Part shown: in pieces, positions 14,208 to 26,348 of the stretch
Layout of the letters: every line of letters begins with the position of its first letter
Position numbering within the stretch: the first letter of the stretch is position 1
NCBI GenBank assembly: GCA_040954595.2
Contig: CM082578.2
Coordinates: 14,414,304 to 14,478,303 of the forward strand
Length of the DNA stretch: 64,000 bases
Origin: Balanoglossus misakiensis
Taxonomy: Eukaryota; Animalia; Hemichordata
Reading direction: 5' to 3'
Position numbers and translations under genes: made by a program
The notes under the pieces: generated by a model
The model's database searches: none
What the model was told of the DNA's origin: nothing
What the model saw: the letters and a program-made list of their open reading frames with translations, nothing else

Positions 14208-15046
14208 GTAAGTATAAGGATTCTGGGTGACAAGATATTATGCATTTGATGCAAAATCTAGTCAGCGTTAATAATCTCAACCATAGGACCACCCATATAC
14301 AGTTGTTTTAAACAGAGTATAATGGCAGAAATAGCCCCAGGCTTCAGCTATGGGCATAATCTTCTACTGAGCTGTGGCCTTTTCAACTCTCAACCACAAA
14401 TGCTTGTATTCCTATGCACTACAGACCACCCAGAGTCTGACAGTTGCTCGATCAGGAAATTTTGCATCACATTATGAGATTCGTGTTATTTCTATGCTTT
14501 TTTTGTCTGCATATGATTTATGGGTTCATTTTTTAGGTGACATTGTTGTTGGTTTTTGTCTTCTTTATTTAGAATCGTGAATTTGTAGAGATGGAATACA
14601 CCTACAACGGTGTGCCCTGCTCAAGGTCGGTCGACCCACCATTACCACAGCATTCCCACCCGCAAAGCCCTCCGCTAACACCCAGCCCTTCCATAGCATC
14701 GTCACATAACTCAAAAACGACCGGGTGCTGTGGACGAAGACGCAGAAGCAGTTCGTCAGTGCGATATCAGTCGGCGCCAACGTCAGCGACACCTACGTCG
14801 CCCACCACGCCCCAGGACTACAACGACATCCAGATCCGAGTCCCAAACAGGACATCTCGCGCTGACCTCAACGCGCGGGGTTATCCCAAAGTGAACAGTT
14901 CGACGCCCACGAGCACGACGACCACGGCCATCGTCACCATGCCGACACCGACGCCCACACCCACAACAGACGTCGAATCCAACCAATCAGAGCGCACCAA
15001 TTCGTCAGGTGGATCGCCGAATATAGTGCGAATCTCGGCGTTATAG
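14118..15046 (+). CDS. KCND: Shal/Kv4 (KCND) voltage-gated K+ channel, 3' partial gene: join(14118..14207,14573..15046); upstream exons not found in window
   Basis: Translation SGGSMDEFATKMSGFEQQHHHLLRCLEKTT|NREFVEMEYTY...TGCCGRRRR...TAIVTMPTPTP...GGSPNIVRISAL*. This matches Kv4 hallmarks (FExQHHHLLxCLEKTT, NHEFV, CCSRR, C-terminal NIVRVSAL). GT-AG phase-0 intron at 14208-14572. Confidence 0.93.
14573..15046 (+). CDS. KCND: Kv4 terminal coding exon
   Basis: tttatttag acceptor, NREFVEMEY...NIVRISAL, TAG at 15044-15046, GC-rich relative to flanks. Confidence 0.93.
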   Translation, partial: NREFVEMEYTYNGVPCSRSVDPPLPQHSHPQSPPLTPSPSIASSHNSKTTGCCGRRRRSSSSVRYQSAPTSATPTSPTTPQDYNDIQIRVPNRTSRADLNARGYPKVNSSTPTSTTTTAIVTMPTPTPTPTTDVESNQSERTNSSGGSPNIVRISAL

Positions 15047-15122
15047 CGTCCCCCCCTCGACAGTTGAGGTGGCCACGTACAACCAAGACTCTCCCAGTGA
15101 TCCCACCATCAGACTGGCGTAA

Positions 15123-15207
15123 CCCTTTCACCATCATGGTTTGGTCCAAATCCATGGTTTTCTATGGTGATGCTGGACCTCTACTGAGCGAACTGGGGGT
15201 GAAAGGG
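15123..15207. mobile_element. ~85-bp piggyBac-like MITE, copy 1 (Kv4 3' UTR)
   Basis: CCCTTTCACC...GGTGAAAGGG termini, GTAA/TTAA flanks, homologous to three other copies in the window. Confidence 0.8.
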
Positions 15208-18006
15208 TTAAAAAAAGAGAAAAACACATACAGACAAAAATACAACAAAAAAGTAGATATAAAACTTTTCCACCAGAATGGATTTTTCTCTCCATTGTAA
15301 ATATTGCTTCTCTCTAAAAATATTGCATTAATGCAGTATTTCTGCTTTCAATGATTAACTACAATTAATGTAAACAGTATTACAGGAATCTGCAGACCCT
15401 CCAATATAAATTTACTTCTTGTAAAACTTTTCAATACTTAGAAAGATTAGGATTAACAATGTTTGCAATGATTTCTGGCTGTGCTGGTGCCTCTAATATA
15501 CTTTTCAAAAAAATTCACTAAAAAAAGATTATGTACAAGAAACTGCGCATGATGTGTGGTTTCTTGAGACTCAGAAGAAAAGTATGATAAGAACGTAAAT
15601 TTAACTCAAATTGGTTAAGTTAGGAAAACTTTTACATTGCTTGGTGATGGAGATTTTATTAGAAGAATTGGTTTTTACATATTTTGGGGCAGAGATAGTG
15701 AATTATTTAGAGTTTGTAGATGGGTAGAAAGATCAGGAAGATCGAGGTACGTGTAGTTTTAAAACTAAGAGTGGAAATGTCTGACGGTTACAGAATTGAG
15801 GTGTCAGTTTTGAATGAAGTCAGATTTACACCACTCGATAGAGGAACAATTGTCTTTTTCTGAGTAGCATAATTGTGAGATGGGCTCAATCACTCACACA
15901 CGTTTCCAACTGCAAGACATTTTTTTTAATTATTTAATAATTTATGCAAACTGAAACTTTGAAATGTTTTTAGCCACATTGGTTATACTTTTGCTGTTTG
16001 AATCATATATATATCGTAGCAGTGTAAAAAAGATATAACTTTTCATTGTGTGTCATACACATTCTGTAATATAGCTTATAGATTTAGGGATATCAAGCAA
16101 AAGGGTAACGTTCATCGCATTGTAAAATTTGAGGCTAAAATAATGTAGATTTATACTGCTGTAGTACTTTAGTACACTTCTAGAAACTTCTATATGTAAG
16201 AAGATTAGCTTATTTCTCTGTAGCAACAGGCATATAATGGTGGAAGGGGGAAGTGTGAGAACAAAATCGGCCAACAATAGGAAACTGCTTGTCTATGAGT
16301 TCAGAGAAACTAGTTGAAAGCCAGACTTCAAGGGCTGGGGCAGTCCTAAGTATTGGAGGGCTAAAGTCATCGACCAGATTTACATTACTGTTTCAACTGC
16401 GAATAGATGTGGCCTCGGATATCGGCGAGACATAAACGAATGATCGAAAATGCCTCTAGGTAAAATAATACATTAGGTGTCGTAACATAGAAATCACGTA
16501 GGTACTAAGACGCTATTTGCTGTGTTTTTACAGCCCATAATATTCATCTCGCCCATCTTCACTTTTCATGTTTGTGTACAGTTCCACATTTTACCTATTT
16601 ATTTGTTTGTTTGTTCTTAATTTAAAAACCAAGAGAGTAAATTTTGTGCTTTTCCTTTACAATGACCTGCATTTGATTAAGTTATTTTTACGAATTTTTG
16701 CCTTTCTCACTACAAGCACTTTGCTCAGTCCAAGATTCCATCACTGTTTATACTGTATGTTTTGTTTTATTACAGCCTGTTTTTTGCAGTTGTAATTTTT
16801 TCACGCTGTTTCCATGACAACATTTTTACAGTTTTTAGGTAGTGATAGTTGGTATATTGGGGAAAATTAAAAAAAAAACATAAGGAAAAAAACTCTGACA
16901 TTTACCATAGAATTAAGTCACATGTTGCTGGTTTGCATGTTGTAAAGAAAGTTTCATTTACAAAGTGTTCGTAAAACTTTGACATAAAAAAATCAAGTCA
17001 AGTAAATCTTAGATATGTTGCTTTGGACGCCACCAAAGATGCTAATTTGTAATTCTCCCTATGTTTTTGAGATCTTCCTAGTACGTGCATAAGGACAAGT
17101 TATTTTCATAACATAGGTGATTAATTAGGGTTAGGGTTGGGGAATAACAAAAAAAATGTACAAGAAAGAAGCTAAGTCATTGAACCAAAGTTCGATAAAC
17201 TCCCATGCAAATTATTGTGCCTTTTTGTATCTCTTATAAAGCTATTTTCTTGCATGCTGGCATTTCTGTCAATTGCATGAATGCCACGCAGTTTACTGGC
17301 ACCCCCTGCCATTTCTGCAGCTTGGAATTCTCCTATTGTATACATGGGTGGAACAGTCCATTCTGCAGGACAGGAAGGGGTGGGCAGTACTGTTTGTGTA
17401 ACATATGGTCAGTACTTATAACACCAGAGGAATACATGAATTTATGGGGGAAACATTCAACTTGTTGGTGCAAATACGTTCAACTTGGGAGTAGACGTTT
17501 TTGGGTTAGAATTGTCTTGCAAAACCTACCTAAGAACCTCCTTTATTATCCTATATCTTTTAATTTTTGTCCTGCCTTTTATTTCTTGTACATTTTTATA
17601 CCACACTACTCTATGGTTATTGTGTCCTGATTGGCAAGTTTGACTTTTGTGTGTGTGTATGTATGTGTGTTTATTGTCTCTCAGGGCAACAAGAAAAGGA
17701 TTACCTACAGCTTTCAACATTTACCTTCTAACCCCTCGTATTATAGTCAAACTACAGCATTTTCAGATGGAAAATTGGATTAAAAATTTACCAGCAAAGG
17801 CGACCAAAGTAGATTATTTTTGAGGGGAGAAACTGCAGTTTAGCATTTTATTAATGGATTTCTAATTTATGATTTTGGCACCTTATCAAGAAACAGAACT
17901 CCTTAAAGAGAACATTGACTCTTTGCACCGACGTCCAGAGCTCTTTCAAATTAATATCAGCACGAGTAGACTTGTTCAGTGAAGAAGAATAAACTATGTA
18001 TTTTGA

Positions 18007-18171
18007 AGGGACAAACTTGCTAATTGTTGACGTTAGTCTGCAAGCCATACTGGTACATGGTCATTACACAGTAATACGTCCATCATTGAATTTTTGGTCC
18101 GTACCAAAAAATAGCAAAAAGGCATAAAAATATAACTCCAAGAAATGTCAAAAGTTAGCGACTTTGTCCCT
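18007..18171. mobile_element. Kolobok/T2-like MITE (165 bp)
   Basis: Imperfect TIRs agggacaaacttgctaattgttgac / gtcaaaagttagcgactttgtccct, flanked by TTGA and TTAA. Confidence 0.65.
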
Positions 18172-19375
18172 TTAAATGCTGGAATAATCTAAATTAACAT
18201 GTAGAAATAACATTAGAGAGGCTATTTACCAAATAATTGAAAACTCAACAGAGTCCATATTTACTGGTTTGGCTTTGGCCAAGACGCACAAAGGTGGTAA
18301 CTTGGGACTGACAGGGCAGTATTGAGACAATTTGATTTGAAGTCCGAGTAAGGTCTGGCAATTCTGTACTGCAGGTTTCGATGAAAGGTGTCATGTGACC
18401 GAGAACTGTGTATAAAGTCTGTAGAAAATTGCAGTTGTCAACAGACATCATTTTCTTGCAACTAAAGTTGGCCTGTTGTTTTAGGTGTAGTCAGAACAGA
18501 AAGAATATCGCATATTAAAGGCAAAATGTCATCCAAAAATCAAACTTCATGTTTTATATAAAGTTCACTTGTGCAAGTACTGCAATGCGGCCTACATCGC
18601 AAACTATAATTGATTCTCATCTCAGTTTGGTCTTGATATCGGGATAACTCAAGTTGTTGTCAGTGAATAGTGAAAAAAATTGTCGTCAAAGAGGTTGACT
18701 TTTTGTGTCAACGAATTATAATAAAATGATGTCTTTGACGTTTCATACATTTCAGTATAAGTTGGGTATTTTACGATCAGGCATAAGGATGAAGTTTAGG
18801 AGTGCTTTCCAAATTTCTATGCGACCAGCAACCAGCAACAGGTGACTTTACTCAGAAATCAGTGTAAAAATTTCCTCTTTACAAACATTTTTAACAATAT
18901 TTTTTTTTCCAGAGCATGGTGGCTGAAGAGTAAACTAATAATGTGAAAACAGGGGTTTTGTGGCTTAAGCTGCAGATTTTTTTCCAGTTTCATTGAAATT
19001 TTGTAAATATTAAAAACCTCAAAAATGGTACTTTAAAAAAAACTTTCAATGTGTACATACTCTTCATAATCTTCTAGAAACCCTAACTTATTTTATTTCT
19101 TCTCCGACGAGCAAAAGATGTATACAGAGGAGAATGTAAGCAGTTGAGGTCTGTCTCTTTTTAGCTGTGCAATATAAGGGACTTTGGTGAATTCTAGGAT
19201 TACAGAACAAGTTGGCACAGTGGTAGGAAATGATGTACATTCGAGTTCTTGGAAGTTTTTTTTTTCTTCATCAGACCTACAATAAATGTTTCTTATGTGT
19301 CTTGTACACAGGTTTGGAGATTTTTTGTTCATTTGTCTTCCTTTGGTGTGAGTTGTGGGGTGAATGGAGGGATGG

Positions 19376-19410
19376 ATGAATGAATGAATGAATGAATGAA
19401 TGAATGAATG
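19376..19410. repeat. (ATGA)n microsatellite
   Basis: atgaatgaatga... about 8-9 units. Confidence 0.9.
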
Positions 19411-19623
19411 CTGTATACGTGGTGGCCTGTGTCTATGAAACTGGATGATCTACAATTTATCACTGTAAAAATTAGCTGTTCAATATGACAAATATACATA
19501 ATGATAATTATTTTTTAATTATCACATTCCTGCATACAATTTGATATCAAAATGTATTGTTTCTACATGTCCTGTATGTACTGTACTCTCACCATTGAGC
19601 ATTGTATGCTGATGCCAGTATGC

Positions 19624-19629
19624 AATAAA
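19624..19629 (+). terminator. Candidate poly(A) signal of the Kv4 gene
   Basis: AATAAA at the end of a T/TGTA-rich UTR-like stretch; other AATAAA sites exist (e.g. 19281). Confidence 0.3.
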
Positions 19630-22600
19630 TCTCTGCCTTAAGCAGCGAACCATCCAGGCAGTGTTTATGTCCAATATCTTGTCGTGCGACAGACACCAGT
19701 TGCCGATGATGTGAGCTTGGAGTTTGACAGCATTTCATTAAAACTCCATTTTCGAGTGCACTGAGGCTCTAACCCTGTCAGATGATGCGACCTGAGATGT
19801 CATATTGCAAACTTTCAAAGCGGAGACAAACAGCAAAAAAAAAAAAACACCGTGCGATGGTGACTCCACAGCTGTTTGGCCTTCCCTGAACTCATTTCTC
19901 AGACACTCCGGGGCTCAATTTCTGACATTTAGTACCAGGTTTGGCTTGATTGAAAATCTCAACATGATGGGAAGAGATGGTACTGCAATGCACACCATCC
20001 TGGGGCCTTTAGAATAGCTGATGAACTCTTAGCAACTGCCAAAGTTTCGGACTTTTTCATCAAGGATTACTGATGGACAAAAGGGAAATTTGCAAGTTGC
20101 AATGGCAAACACACTTTAAATTGAAACAAGGCTACAAACTCCAAACTGAGGAATACAGTTATTTTTCTGAAATGGATCACATTGTGGGGAGACTTTCCAT
20201 GGGTTTATGAATTCCAGTGCATAGCAAATGTGTATGGAGCACAGTTTTAGTCAGATAGTTATCAGGCATGGTGCCAAATATTAGCCATTTTTCACCATCA
20301 TGGAAATTCCATTTACTATACTGCATCCGAGAAATCATTCAAGTTCACGGTCATCACTATAGGCAATCAGTCATCTCAGCTGTTATGCCAGCTCAATTTC
20401 CAAAGCCATGTCGGGCCATGTTCAAAGTGAAGATCAAGTGGAGGTCACAGCAGGTCAGGATGTGAAGTGACTTGTATGACCTAAAAGAGGTTTATCGATA
20501 ATATCTAATGTCACGATCCAAGGGTCATCTGATGAACAGTTTATACACAGTTTAGTGTTGTGTGATAAGAATTGGTTTGATATGTGAAGGCTGTAATGTG
20601 ATGGAGTGACCAATGTACGTGGTATCAAATACTGTTTATAAATCCACATATATGCTTGTGTTGCACGTCTGCTGTCTCAGGGACTGAGTTTCTCTGGTGG
20701 GCAACCTGGGGCAATTTTTTAGTGTAACAAGACTACCAGTACTTTCAAAAAATTATTCATCGACAATTGTAAATGGGTTAAAGATAGCCAGGCGCTGGTA
20801 TGTGCACATGCAGCGTCTAAACTTTCCCCCACCCACAGTCAGTCACCTTTTAACTGCCAATTTCACAGGTAGGGGCTTTTTACAGGACATCAACAAATCA
20901 ACCATTTGGACATTAAGAAGTCAAATTCCCCCGAGAAGAGCATGGTCATGCGATTGTCAGATATCTCATCTGCAAGTTGTGCGTCATGATGGGAGATAGT
21001 CGCCATGACAACCTGCTGCAAATCTACATTGCCATGGAAACTCCTTGTCAGTTTGTTCCCCTTCATTGAGCAGATAGCGGCAGCTATTTGGAGTACACAA
21101 AGGCATGTCTCCTGATGAGGTCTTAGGCTATAGCTGTACGAAGCATCAGAAAATCCTCGTTCTGAGTGACCGCTATCTGTCAATCCCCGACTGCAGCCCT
21201 CATTCAGAGAAAAAACCCACATGATTATGTCTCTTCCGTGAGGTTGTTTTCCCTCTGTGACATGTTCATTATCAGAAAAATGTGTCTCTGCCGGGGTTGC
21301 TTCCTGTATTCCATAATCATCTTTTCACTTCATCTTTTTTCAACACAGTTTCAAACAGAACGATTGCAAGACTTCAAGCTTATAAATATATCAGGCAACT
21401 TTGTAACTGCGTTAATACTAGTACTAACACTGTGAGAATTAACATAGTATATCATATGCATTACGTCAGGTGGTTTTGCTTTGTGGGGAAACCAATTTCA
21501 CAACTGTCATCCATTATTCATTTTCTGGAATGCATGTATGCTCAAATTATGATGGTACATTTATTCTGACAATGCAAAAGATGCATGTATGCAGGGAAAT
21601 TGGGTCAAGAATTCACATCACCCAAATTAGCATGCTTCCTGTCCTTTTTACCTCAAAGTACAATGTTCATTGGCATCTGGGGAGTGGCACCATGCTGTAC
21701 CAGCTTTAATAATCTGTCATTGAATTTACAACATGCTTTTTACAGAAGGCTGTAGGTCAAAAACTCGGTCATTATAAGTGCAATCAGCAAAAGCAAAACC
21801 GAGACACAGCTAGGTTGTTTGGCATACCAAATGATGATGTGTGTTTTAACATGTTCCTTATGGGTGAGAAAAAGATGATACAGTCAACACAGAGAACAAA
21901 ATATAATAAAAATCATCAGAGTTTCATCCAACCACAGTCTGTTTATAATTTTTGATGATTATTTATGAGATCATTGATACAATAACTTGACATATAACTA
22001 GGAGTCAATTGCCTACAATTATATTTTGAAATTCTCAAAATTCTAATAAATAGTTGACAGGAACTCTCAGATCCCATCCATCATCAATTTCTCCTTTGAC
22101 AGGTTATTTATTTACTCATAGATAAAATTTGATGAACTACAACATTAAATTTTTAATGATGTTTATCTAGGTTAGAAAGCAAACAAATTATTTTCACAAA
22201 TCATGGATAATTACGATATCTAAAAACAATATCATCAAGTATTTTAAATATGGTTATTTTTAAAACTCAGGACAAAAATCGCTGGTTGTCAATGTGCACA
22301 ACTAAAGTTTCATTACACTGTATTTTGATTAGATGATATATATATAATTACGACAGTAATGATGATAAGCTTGGACTTCAATTAACATTGAGTGCGCAAA
22401 TATATAACACACATTTTTCATTTTCTGTATAGGCTAATTTACAGTGACGAAGGCTTGCAGAAGAGTAACGCCATGTCAATGACCTTTGTCAAAGTTATAC
22501 AGAAGGGCGATGAGGAAGTGTACCCTGAGACTCAATACTCTTGTCTGCATATGATTCTCTGTTGATGCCTCCAGCAAAGCATAGATGGCAGCATCATGGC

Positions 22601-24262
22601 TACAGAACTTGTCAAACTCCTCAGCTTGATTTTGCTTCTACTCAGAAAGCTATATGTGAGCAGCCATGAAGTTGTGAGAGTTGGGTTTTTATACTTGAAA
22701 AAAATCTTGATCTTGAAAAAAGTCTTGGCTTATAATTATAGATTCTGAAAAGTGCAACAAAATACACTGACTATAAATAGCAGAATTTACTGGTAATTGC
22801 AAGTAGATACCCTGGTGAAGACACAGTTGGTTAGTTAAATATGAAAATAATGGAATGTTATTACCCCCCCTTCCCTGGGGGCACATGCTGCATACAGAGA
22901 TAAGATATGATAACCTTCGTGCAACTTGGACATACGTATACTTGCGTCAGCAAATGATGACTGATGATATTGAAAAACTCATATTTGGAAAGCATTAATG
23001 CTTGCAGACACCATTAGAAACCACTGAAATCAGTGTAGGCCATCATTATGTACATTGCAAGTCTAGACACATAATCCTGGTTTGTATTTTTCAAAAATGT
23101 TCTTTTTTTTAATGGAAATCTTCCAGGGTGCATTACCTCATGTTGACTGGATATTAAAGTTGGATTGTGGCTGTACGCAAGAGCATGATTGCGGCTGATA
23201 TGGATCTTTGTAGAATCCAACAGATATAGGCTTCCATCAGTATATACCTTTGCATGACCACAGATCTTTGTCCTGAAAGTTAGTTAACAAATGGTTTGTC
23301 ATAGTTTTTGTTTTTTACTTTTACCACTGAACCAATGGTAAATGTTGTTCAAATTTGAAAGTTCTACCATAGATTAGAAATAAAAAATAAAAATCCAAAC
23401 TGCGGTTGTATTGATGATACTCTGAAAAATAACACCAGTGAATCACGCTTTGCATCTGAAGTCCTTGGAACAGACTCTCCCCTGTACCCATTCCATTACA
23501 AATCCAATTTGTTAAATCGTCAGGAAAACACTTATGACATTTCATGCACGACCATTCGCAAGTAATTTGTGTTCACGTGACAAGGACAGACTCACTGGTG
23601 TTCGCCATGACTGCATGAGATTAATGCATGTCATCCAAAAGACAAGTTAATCACAGTCCAGCAATAAAGCGGGCTGTAACATATCACCCTCACCCCGCGT
23701 AATTGTCTTTGCCTAGTTACTATGTCTGATTTGGGCAATCTACTCGAGCAATTGATTTTATTGAGTAATTTAGGGAAATGCACCACGTTAGCCTTTTCAC
23801 TATTAAACAGAGACATCCAATTACTGATAGACAGGGAAACTCAAGTTAGGAGAATGTTTTTCTTAAAAGTGATACAAATGGGAATTTCCCATGATGCATC
23901 GGTGGTTTTTACCCGAGAGAACATTGATTATTAAATGAGAATAATTGATGATTATTCTGAAAAAAACAAGAGTTTGAAATACTATAACCTGGGCTGGGAG
24001 AAACTCAAACCGATCTAAAATTAATACTGCTTCACATTTCATGTTGCCACACGTTGGAACTTTAACTGATTCTTTGAATCCTTGCTGCTCTTTTTAATCC
24101 AATGTTTCTATGAAATGCTCTTTAAATTTCTCAGAAAGTTTCATCGGCAGTTTCCATTTGCAGAATGAAGCAGTATGTTTTCTTCCATAAATAAGCTATA
24201 TTAAACTGCCAAATATCAACCAGTGCGTGCACGTATCGATCGATCCTTCAGTATCACTTTAA

Positions 24263-24346
24263 CTCTTTCACCCCCAATTTCCTGTATAGAGGTCCAACTT
24301 TGCTATAGAAAACAATGAATTGGATCAAACCATGGTGGTGAAAGGG
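24263..24346. mobile_element. ~85-bp piggyBac-like MITE, copy 2 (opposite orientation)
   Basis: TTAA-ctctttcacc...ggtgaaaggg-TTAA. Confidence 0.82.
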
Positions 24347-26216
24347 TTAAACTGCCAATGATATACACATCATGCACATAAATGGCATTTGACATGCTAC
24401 ATCTTGTATGCGTGTTCCAACGTAAAAATGCCTGGGGGAGAAAGACATTGAAAGTGTCACCATTGATTCTCATGGTAAATACAGAAGCCACTCCCTTGCA
24501 AAAAAACAAACCCACACCATTTTTTGTTTCGGCAGCTGTGTTGAATGAATATGAGTGAAAGTAAACTAAATTGACTTTGAAAGCCCAAAGTAAATCTGCA
24601 AGTCTCCATAGAGCACATCCAAAATAAAATCACTACCTGCAATTCCCACAAGCCTCGTCTTTGCCAGGAAATTGGTCAACTACCCTGCTCTTATCCCTGT
24701 CTGATATCTGGCAGATAGAAATCTCTGGCATTATAAATGATCCATGCATGATTGCCACTATACATGATACGAAACAGCGTGCAGATCAGTCAAGCCATTA
24801 TCTACTGTTGATTCTTTTTTCTTCTTTTTTTTGCTTCAAATCTCTTTTCTGTGATAGTGTGATACATTTTATCTCTCTTATCCCAGGCATCAATTTTTCT
24901 GCCGTCATGGCAACAAAGAGAGTGCCTGCTGACGTCAAGCAAATTTTGACAGGTTAATTTGCTATCGTACACCGAGATCTCGGGCTACAAACAACGCTGC
25001 CCATAGCCTTATATTGGTTGGTTTATTTGTGATCGATGACTTTCCAGGAAATAATTCAATATGAGACATGCAGTTTTTTTTTGTTAATCAATTCACATAT
25101 CTGCTGGTATACTTTTTTTTCTAAAAATACATGAATACTGAGTATAGGGATGTCTGTATTGATAACGTTTATCAGAGTCCATTTTGATGAAGATAACATC
25201 AAAATTTATTTTCTGAGTCATATTCATCAGGATTGTCTTCATGTTTTGTGTATTTGCATATCTTGACAGTGATTGTATCCTCCCCATGATTCATTTTATC
25301 AAATCTGCCGGAATCTTTCTTTGACAGGATGCTTCTGAGAATCAAGACAAAACCCCCGCCTTTTCAAAATAAACTAATAATCCATTCAAGCCTGGTTGCG
25401 GATTACAAACCCATCTTTGTGCTAGATGTCCATCACAACACGATCAGATGCATCACGTACATCACACTGAGTCATTGCACGTTTCCACTGAATATTTTAT
25501 TTCTCTTGCCACAAAAACTGCCAGGTTTCAGAAAATTTATTACATTTTGAAGCTGTTTTCAACCCACACCAAACTTCCTCAATGTTGCATGATATGAGGA
25601 AGACTTCCCAACCTCAAATGCTCCCTTGAATTTTCTTCTAATAGAAAAAAATAGCTGAGTTATAGTTCTCCATTTCAGGTCGACAGAAAAATGAATCTTT
25701 CATTTGAGAATGTTCTGTTATTACAAATCAAATAATTGTCTCAAAGCATGTACAATAATACAATTTTATCCATTTCTCATTTAAGCTACCTGTTGATATC
25801 ATCTGTACTGCATTTGGTATATATTTGTATTCAGGTATTTTAAATTAAAGTCACTGCCAAAAAATCCAATCTGGATTCTGTCTGCCTGAATAAATGAGAA
25901 ATTTCAACACAAGAAGATGATGAATTCTGATCACAAAGCAATTAGCAACAGTTTGATTTCAAGGGTGTTCAATGTGTGATTTCTCCACAGACAGTTGGTC
26001 AAAGGAAACAAATGAATAAGTTACAATTGATTAAGTGCATAAAAAAACATAACAGTTGCCAAAAACAGGAAATAATCCTCAAAATCCAGGTTGCCTCAAT
26101 GTGTAGTCTTGACACAGTGTCTTAGTTAACAATGTGTATATACAAAGAACCCTACAAACCCTACACCTGACCTAAATCTGGGGAAAAGTGATTTCATACA
26201 TGTTTGAGATTTATAG

Positions 26217-26348
26217 CTAGCTGTTGTCATCATCAATGTTTTCAGTATACTGCCTGGGAAACTGTGATCTCAAAGCGGTTGCTTCTGATTCCATCACTTC
26301 TGGCGTTCGCAAATTATTGTCATCTGGATTTTTGTCGTGCTTCTCCAA
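26217..26348 (-). CDS. FHIT: FHIT terminal coding exon
   Basis: ttttgtttacag acceptor; LEKHDK...RTPEVMESEATALRSQF matches FHIT LQKHDK...RSEEEMAAEAAALR; TAG stop. Confidence 0.92.
   Translation of the reverse strand: MEKHDKNPDDNNLRTPEVMESEATALRSQFPRQYTENIDDDNS

Noticed and set aside
14537-14572. Alternative upstream acceptor that would add 12 codons to the Kv4 last exon
   Set aside because: The added segment ends in an in-frame TAG (the real acceptor), so it would truncate the protein.
17125-17142. TTAGGGTTAGGG telomere-like sequence
   Set aside because: Only two units, too short to call an interstitial telomeric repeat.
22442-22565. Possible + strand exon (DEGLQKSNAMSMTFVKVIQKGDEEVYPETQY)
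   Set aside because: No homology recognised and no partner exons found.
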